Assembly: GCA_965222605.1 (NCBI GenBank)
Contig: OZ244960.1
Span: forward strand, 2,496,001 to 2,560,000
Direction of reading: 5' to 3'
From: Candidatus Latescibacterota bacterium
Lineage (GTDB): Bacteria > Latescibacterota > UBA2968
DNA: 64,000 nucleotides
The position numbers were made by a program, and so were the translations under genes. The notes under the pieces are model-generated. The model was not told the origin of the DNA. It saw only the letters and a list, made by a program, of their open reading frames with translations, and made no database searches. Of the stretch, positions 59,554-64,000 are shown in pieces. Position 1 is the first letter of the stretch. The number at the start of each line of letters is the position of its first letter.

Positions 59554-59920
59554 GGCCTTCCTCCTGTTTAGCCAACTCCTTAGCGCGTCCCAATCGTCTT
59601 TTAATTAAGTCGATATCTTTCTTAGGGGTGGCGATTCCTCTTTTCGATTTCTTCTGAAATGCATGGAGCACATAAAGACTTCTGCCAATCTTGACCGTGT
59701 AAACAGCGCGGTAGGTATTTGTAGCATAATCACTGACAATCTCAAATACGCCGGATTCAATACCCCTCATCGGCTTGGTAGAGGGCGGCGTTTGTCCGGT
59801 CTGCACCAGATAGAGCAAATGTCCAATATCTTTGCGGACCTGGTTGGGAAAACGCTGTAGTTGCTCTCTCGAATCTCCAATCCACCGGACATTTCTGAGG
59901 AATATTCCTTCACGTTCCAT
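59546..59920 (-). CDS. RelE/ParE-superfamily toxin (HigB/Gp49-like)
   Basis: WIGDS...KPMRGIESGVFEI...YRAVY...YVLHAFQKKS; toxin-first order. Confidence 0.9.
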   Translation of the reverse strand: MEREGIFLRNVRWIGDSREQLQRFPNQVRKDIGHLLYLVQTGQTPPSTKPMRGIESGVFEIVSDYATNTYRAVYTVKIGRSLYVLHAFQKKSKRGIATPKKDIDLIKRRLGRAKELAKQEEGHG

Positions 59921-59926
59921 GCCCTG

Positions 59927-59955
59927 ATTATATCTAATTAGTTATATTATGTCAA
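59927..59955 (-). promoter_or_regulatory. Consensus sigma70 promoter with overlapping palindromic operator
   Basis: TTGACA-17 bp-TATAAT; near-palindrome TATAACTAATTAGATATA at 59946-59929. Confidence 0.85.
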
Positions 59956-60106
59956 TCCTTTTGATATTGACTCGTAAACTGTAGTTTTTAAATTAATACA
60001 AACCTATGCCAGGTAAAGATTTTGCCGGACAAACCTCTTTGATCCATTTGAGATAGGTAAGTATTCTTAGACGCCAGAACAGTTCAACCCTTGAAAGGGT
60101 AACATC

Positions 60107-62689
60107 ATGGCAGCAAAAACATATCTCCGTATCTCTAAATTTGCGTCCCTGAGCAGCATGATCCTCCTGCTGACACTCATCTTCAGTGGACACGCTTTTG
60201 CACAATTCACCTATCAATGGAAAACTGATACAACCCCTGAAGGGGTAGAATCGGCAACCCTCGTTCAACCCGTGCAGGTGCTGTTCTTGGACGAGCCAAT
60301 ACAGGTTGTGCCGCACAGCTCATCATTGCGTCTCATGCAACAATACTCTGTATTACTCGGCACCGAATGGAGTGATGGTCAGGCATACCGGCTGCTCCAG
60401 ACCTTTGAGTCCATACCGCAATTGAATAACGACGTGAACAAAGGGAGACCCAGCGTTCCATCCTCGTTATGGCAATTGACAGACCAGCATATTCAAAATG
60501 ACATAGAGATTCGCATCCAGGATGGGCAGAAAATCGTCACCTTGTCTCGGGAGGCTTTTACTTATGCCGATCCATTGCTGGCTGAAATAGAAGGTGTGAG
60601 AGGCCGCTTTTTCTCCAAAAGACTCCACCATGCCGTCGTTCGCTATGTAACCGACCATGGCAGAGATAGACACGCGCTAAAGCGGATTTTGGAGAAACGC
60701 TATGGCGTAAGTATAGATGTGCCGGACTATACCGAACTTACGCGGAACACAACAAAAGAACACGCAGGTCGTTTTGGAGAGTTCAAAAACGAAGAATTGA
60801 TGACACTTGTGAGTATGCTTGAAGAATACCCACAAGGCATGCTCAGCACGCCAGGGCTGCGATATTTGGTTCGACGATTAGATGGGACACCAAATCCGCT
60901 TAAACCGACTGTGCCTGCTATAGCATGGGCGACCGAGGGCTATATTGAGTTCATGGAAAGAGCTTTTAAGGACCAAGGACTCGACTATATCCACCGCTTA
61001 ATTCTCCATGAAAAAGCACACTTCTTATGGGAACATCTCTTTGACGACCAACTCAAACAGGATTGGATTGACCTCGGCGGCTGGTATGAAAATCCGGACG
61101 ATGGAGATGGTTGGTCAACGACCAAACAGGTCGAATTTGTATCTGCTTATGCACACGCTGTGAATCCGAATGAGGATATGGCGGAAACGATCAGTTATTA
61201 CATCGTAAACCCCGACAAATTGCGCTCGCGCTCCCCTGCCAAATACGAATTTATTCGGGATCGGGTCATGCACGGCACGCAGTACATATCTCGGATACGC
61301 GAAGACCTGACATTTCAGGTCTATAATCTGTATCCCGATGTGGTATATCCCGGTCGGATCATACGGGTGGCTATACAGGTTGCGGGCGAACCGGAAGAGG
61401 ATAAGGAGATAACAATAGAGCTTGAAATTCACCGGGAGAATAGTTTCGACAATGCCCAAGCAACATCTATCAGGATTCACAGTACAAAAGGCACCTATTT
61501 TAACATTTGGCTTCATCCTGTAAGTTCCGATGGTAGTCGCATCAATGCAGGACACATTTTGCGGGGCACTAAAACACTATCAAAGCACGCAGCTTATGGC
61601 TATTGGGGTCCAGATCAAATTACCCTCAAGGATGCCCAGGGCAATGAACGCCACGAATCTCAGGCGGACTTCGGATGGAAGCTCTATCTCAACAACCCGC
61701 TCGCAGATAATGAACCGCCGGAGTACATCAAAAATTCAATGCAACTCTCATTGTCACAAAGTACAGCAGAAGGCAGATCCTTGCAAATTCTCGCCGCTCG
61801 TTGGAAGATTTTTGAAGAAATCGGTATGCAGGAAAGGGGAGTCTATGCAACTCTAAACGATGCAAATACCGAGACCTATTCTCGGCGCTCGACAAGCTGG
61901 GGAGAATATAATCCACAGACCAGTGAAGCGAGTGTTGAACTTAAAATTCCGAATTATTTCCCCGGCGGGACGTACGCTGTTAACTATATTGAGATGAGGG
62001 ATAGGGCATTAAACATGCGAGGGGTGCACTTTACCGATCCAGGGACAAGCTTAAGGAATAGATCAGTAATAATAGATGAAGCACCTGCCACCATTAACAT
62101 TCAAACGACAAATCCGGATGACACTCCACCCGTGCTCGATCTAAATCAGATCACAATTCAGGCAGAACCGACCAACCCAGAAGCACCAAATGGCGAAACA
62201 CAGGTCGATATTACCTTTAGAATCAAGGACAACATCAGTGGACATAGTTTTACAGACATGTATTTACGCGACCCGAACGGTGTGAGGCACAACTTTAGAC
62301 ATTACGATCCGGATATTTACAAAGTCTATTTTACTCGCAATCCGGCTGTCTATCAAACCTACCATAAAACGATCATCTTACCTGTTGGCAGTATTCCCGG
62401 AACATGGGGACTTGCTCAAATGAAGGTATGGGATAAGGCACGGAATATCCTTCGGGCGAACTTTACTGAAATCATCCGCTTTGAGGTACAGGATACCCTC
62501 ACCTCTGCCGACTTTGATGGCGATGGACAGGTCGGGATCGCAGACTTTTTGCTCTTTGTTGAAGCGTTTGGAACCCAGAGCGGACAGGAGAACTTCGATT
62601 CCAAATTTGACCTCGACAACAATGGAATCGTTGACATATCCGACTTCCTCATCTTCGTGGATTCTTTTGGCAAACCTGTCAGTGGATAG
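60107..62689 (+). CDS. Secreted zincin-like metallopeptidase with beta-rich repeats and a C-terminal dockerin-like double EF-hand
   Basis: Signal peptide (AFA-Q); ILHEKAH and YA...NEDMAE; DFDGDGQVGIADF and DLDNNGIVDISDF. Confidence 0.75.
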   Translation: MAAKTYLRISKFASLSSMILLLTLIFSGHAFAQFTYQWKTDTTPEGVESATLVQPVQVLFLDEPIQVVPHSSSLRLMQQYSVLLGTEWSDGQAYRLLQTFESIPQLNNDVNKGRPSVPSSLWQLTDQHIQNDIEIRIQDGQKIVTLSREAFTYADPLLAEIEGVRGRFFSKRLHHAVVRYVTDHGRDRHALKRILEKRYGVSIDVPDYTELTRNTTKEHAGRFGEFKNEELMTLVSMLEEYPQGMLSTPGLRYLVRRLDGTPNPLKPTVPAIAWATEGYIEFMERAFKDQGLDYIHRLILHEKAHFLWEHLFDDQLKQDWIDLGGWYENPDDGDGWSTTKQVEFVSAYAHAVNPNEDMAETISYYIVNPDKLRSRSPAKYEFIRDRVMHGTQYISRIREDLTFQVYNLYPDVVYPGRIIRVAIQVAGEPEEDKEITIELEIHRENSFDNAQATSIRIHSTKGTYFNIWLHPVSSDGSRINAGHILRGTKTLSKHAAYGYWGPDQITLKDAQGNERHESQADFGWKLYLNNPLADNEPPEYIKNSMQLSLSQSTAEGRSLQILAARWKIFEEIGMQERGVYATLNDANTETYSRRSTSWGEYNPQTSEASVELKIPNYFPGGTYAVNYIEMRDRALNMRGVHFTDPGTSLRNRSVIIDEAPATINIQTTNPDDTPPVLDLNQITIQAEPTNPEAPNGETQVDITFRIKDNISGHSFTDMYLRDPNGVRHNFRHYDPDIYKVYFTRNPAVYQTYHKTIILPVGSIPGTWGLAQMKVWDKARNILRANFTEIIRFEVQDTLTSADFDGDGQVGIADFLLFVEAFGTQSGQENFDSKFDLDNNGIVDISDFLIFVDSFGKPVSG

Positions 62690-62710
62690 CCGCCACGCGG
62701 TCAACATCAC

Positions 62711-62748
62711 AAAGCCCGTCAATCACATAAGCATTGACGGGCTATTTT
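62711..62748. terminator. Terminator hairpin between convergent genes
   Basis: agcccgtcaat / attgacgggct. Confidence 0.7.
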
Positions 62749-62773
62749 CTGTACCTGAAGGTGTGATTTTTAT

Positions 62774-63859
62774 TTATCCACACCCCCCATCCAAATACCC
62801 CCGCGTAATATCAATAATCAACGCGATATCATACCGCGCATCCTCCACGGGTGTGCGGCACGGCTCGCCATCTGTAATACAGGTGTGAAAATGCCGGAGT
62901 TCTCGCACAAAAGGACTTTCCCAATCAATTTCGGGACTGCGCGTACCGTGTGATCCACTGGCGTGAATTTCCAGTACATCGAGCGTTGACAAAATACCCC
63001 GCGCAAAACCCGTGGGATACGACAGGATAATGCGCTTGTCATCTTTGTGGACCTCGAGCGTCTCCTTAAAATGCCACAGATCGGGCAAATCGATCCATGT
63101 AGCCACACACCGCGCCCTCGATGCATATTGCAGAATCGTCGTCATAGCCCGCCCGCCTTGCCACACCTCGGTACTCACCACGCGCGTCGGATTGCCCAGC
63201 ATGAGACGCAAACCGTACAAATCGTGAATCATACTCCCCGACAGCGTAAAAAACGCCCGCGCAACATCATCCGACACATCGCCCACCGCCTGATTCAAAG
63301 CAACCTGCCGCGCTTCGTTTCTCTCGGCTGCGGCTTCGGGCGGCAAATCGTCAAAATAGGTCAACTCAAACTGTTTCAGATGCAAGTTATTATTCGGATG
63401 CAAATGATTCACCTGCACAAAACGCACATCGCCCGCATCCCCCACCTCTTCCCGAGCCAATTCATACGCCGGATCGTAAACCTTCATATAGCCCACCTGT
63501 CCCACCGTCCCCGCTTTCTCCTTCGCAGCGCATATCGCATCGACTTCCTCGAGCGAATAACACATCGGCTTTTCAATAAAAACGTGCTTACCCGCCGCAA
63601 ATGCCGCCACCGCCAGTTCCGTCTTCGGATCCGCATGGCACAGAATCACCGCATCTACATCCCGCGCATTTAACAACTCATGCGGATCCGTGGTATAATT
63701 CGGCACGCCAAAAACCTCTGCCAGCCACCTCGCCAACCCCGGCGAAATATCACATACCCACGTCACCTCATATAGCGCGTGTAAAATCGCCAAATTTGGC
63801 ATATGCTGCACCTGTGCAATCGCGCCGCATCCAATAATCCCCATCCTGATCTTCGACAT
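62774..63859 (-). CDS. Gfo/Idh/MocA family oxidoreductase
   Basis: GIIGCGAIA, GKHVFIEKPM, QVGYMK, MIHDL; RBS aggagg. Confidence 0.9.
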   Translation of the reverse strand: MSKIRMGIIGCGAIAQVQHMPNLAILHALYEVTWVCDISPGLARWLAEVFGVPNYTTDPHELLNARDVDAVILCHADPKTELAVAAFAAGKHVFIEKPMCYSLEEVDAICAAKEKAGTVGQVGYMKVYDPAYELAREEVGDAGDVRFVQVNHLHPNNNLHLKQFELTYFDDLPPEAAAERNEARQVALNQAVGDVSDDVARAFFTLSGSMIHDLYGLRLMLGNPTRVVSTEVWQGGRAMTTILQYASRARCVATWIDLPDLWHFKETLEVHKDDKRIILSYPTGFARGILSTLDVLEIHASGSHGTRSPEIDWESPFVRELRHFHTCITDGEPCRTPVEDARYDIALIIDITRGYLDGGCG

Positions 63860-63874
63860 TATACCCTCCTGCAT

Positions 63875-64000
63875 TTATGCAACCGTCAAATTTTCCACCA
63901 CAGCACTAACCCCGGCAACCACACCTGTACGAATCGTCTCTAACGCCATACTCGGTTGCGACCTGTCCAGTTCCGCAACAAGTTCTGGCGTAGGCGGCAC
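63875..64000 (-). CDS. C-terminal end of a gene, possibly pyroglutamyl-peptidase I
   Basis: Own translation VPPTPELVAELDRSQPSMALETIRTGVVAGVSAVVENLTVA* resembles the (H)VP..PE...PSM.LE tail of peptidase C15. Confidence 0.5.
   Translation of the reverse strand: MPPTPELVAELDRSQPSMALETIRTGVVAGVSAVVENLTVA

Overview
A 64-kb bacterial chromosomal window made mostly of housekeeping and metabolic genes. These include a 5'-truncated tandem-duplicated uvrA, rnr, sodN, CIRCE-groES-groEL, pyrD, rlpA, hemE-hemH-hemY, glnA, glnD, rho-rpmE2-prfA-prmC, a polyprenyl synthase and fused secDF. Small accessory islets are interspersed. The gene set (Omp85 protein, lipoproteins, short RpoD/SigA-type sigma factor, dockerin-like/EF-hand-tailed secreted protein) suggests a diderm FCB-affiliated organism such as Latescibacterota or Gemmatimonadota; this is inference only. 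The best candidate for an undescribed system is a self-contained regulatory cascade at 44.4-48.6 kb, sandwiched between glnA and glnD. A soluble PAS histidine kinase and a GAFTGA enhancer-binding response regulator sit directly upstream of a complete sigma54 promoter (two phased 13-bp enhancer repeats, an IHF-like site and a perfect -24/-12 element). That promoter points into a PTS EIIA gene and a sigma70-family sigma factor. Other highlights are a compositionally foreign Omp85 barrel fused to an atypical kinase-like domain behind a 20-bp operator palindrome, a chimeric tRNA-Gln/Glu-like scar followed by an unknown 2TM + wHTH gene pair, a family-1 PyrD with Ser as catalytic base, a signal-peptide Ni-SOD without sodX, and several families of intergenic repeats. 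No rRNA, intact tRNA, CRISPR array, integrase or transposase was seen. All calls come from reading motifs; no database searches were run.
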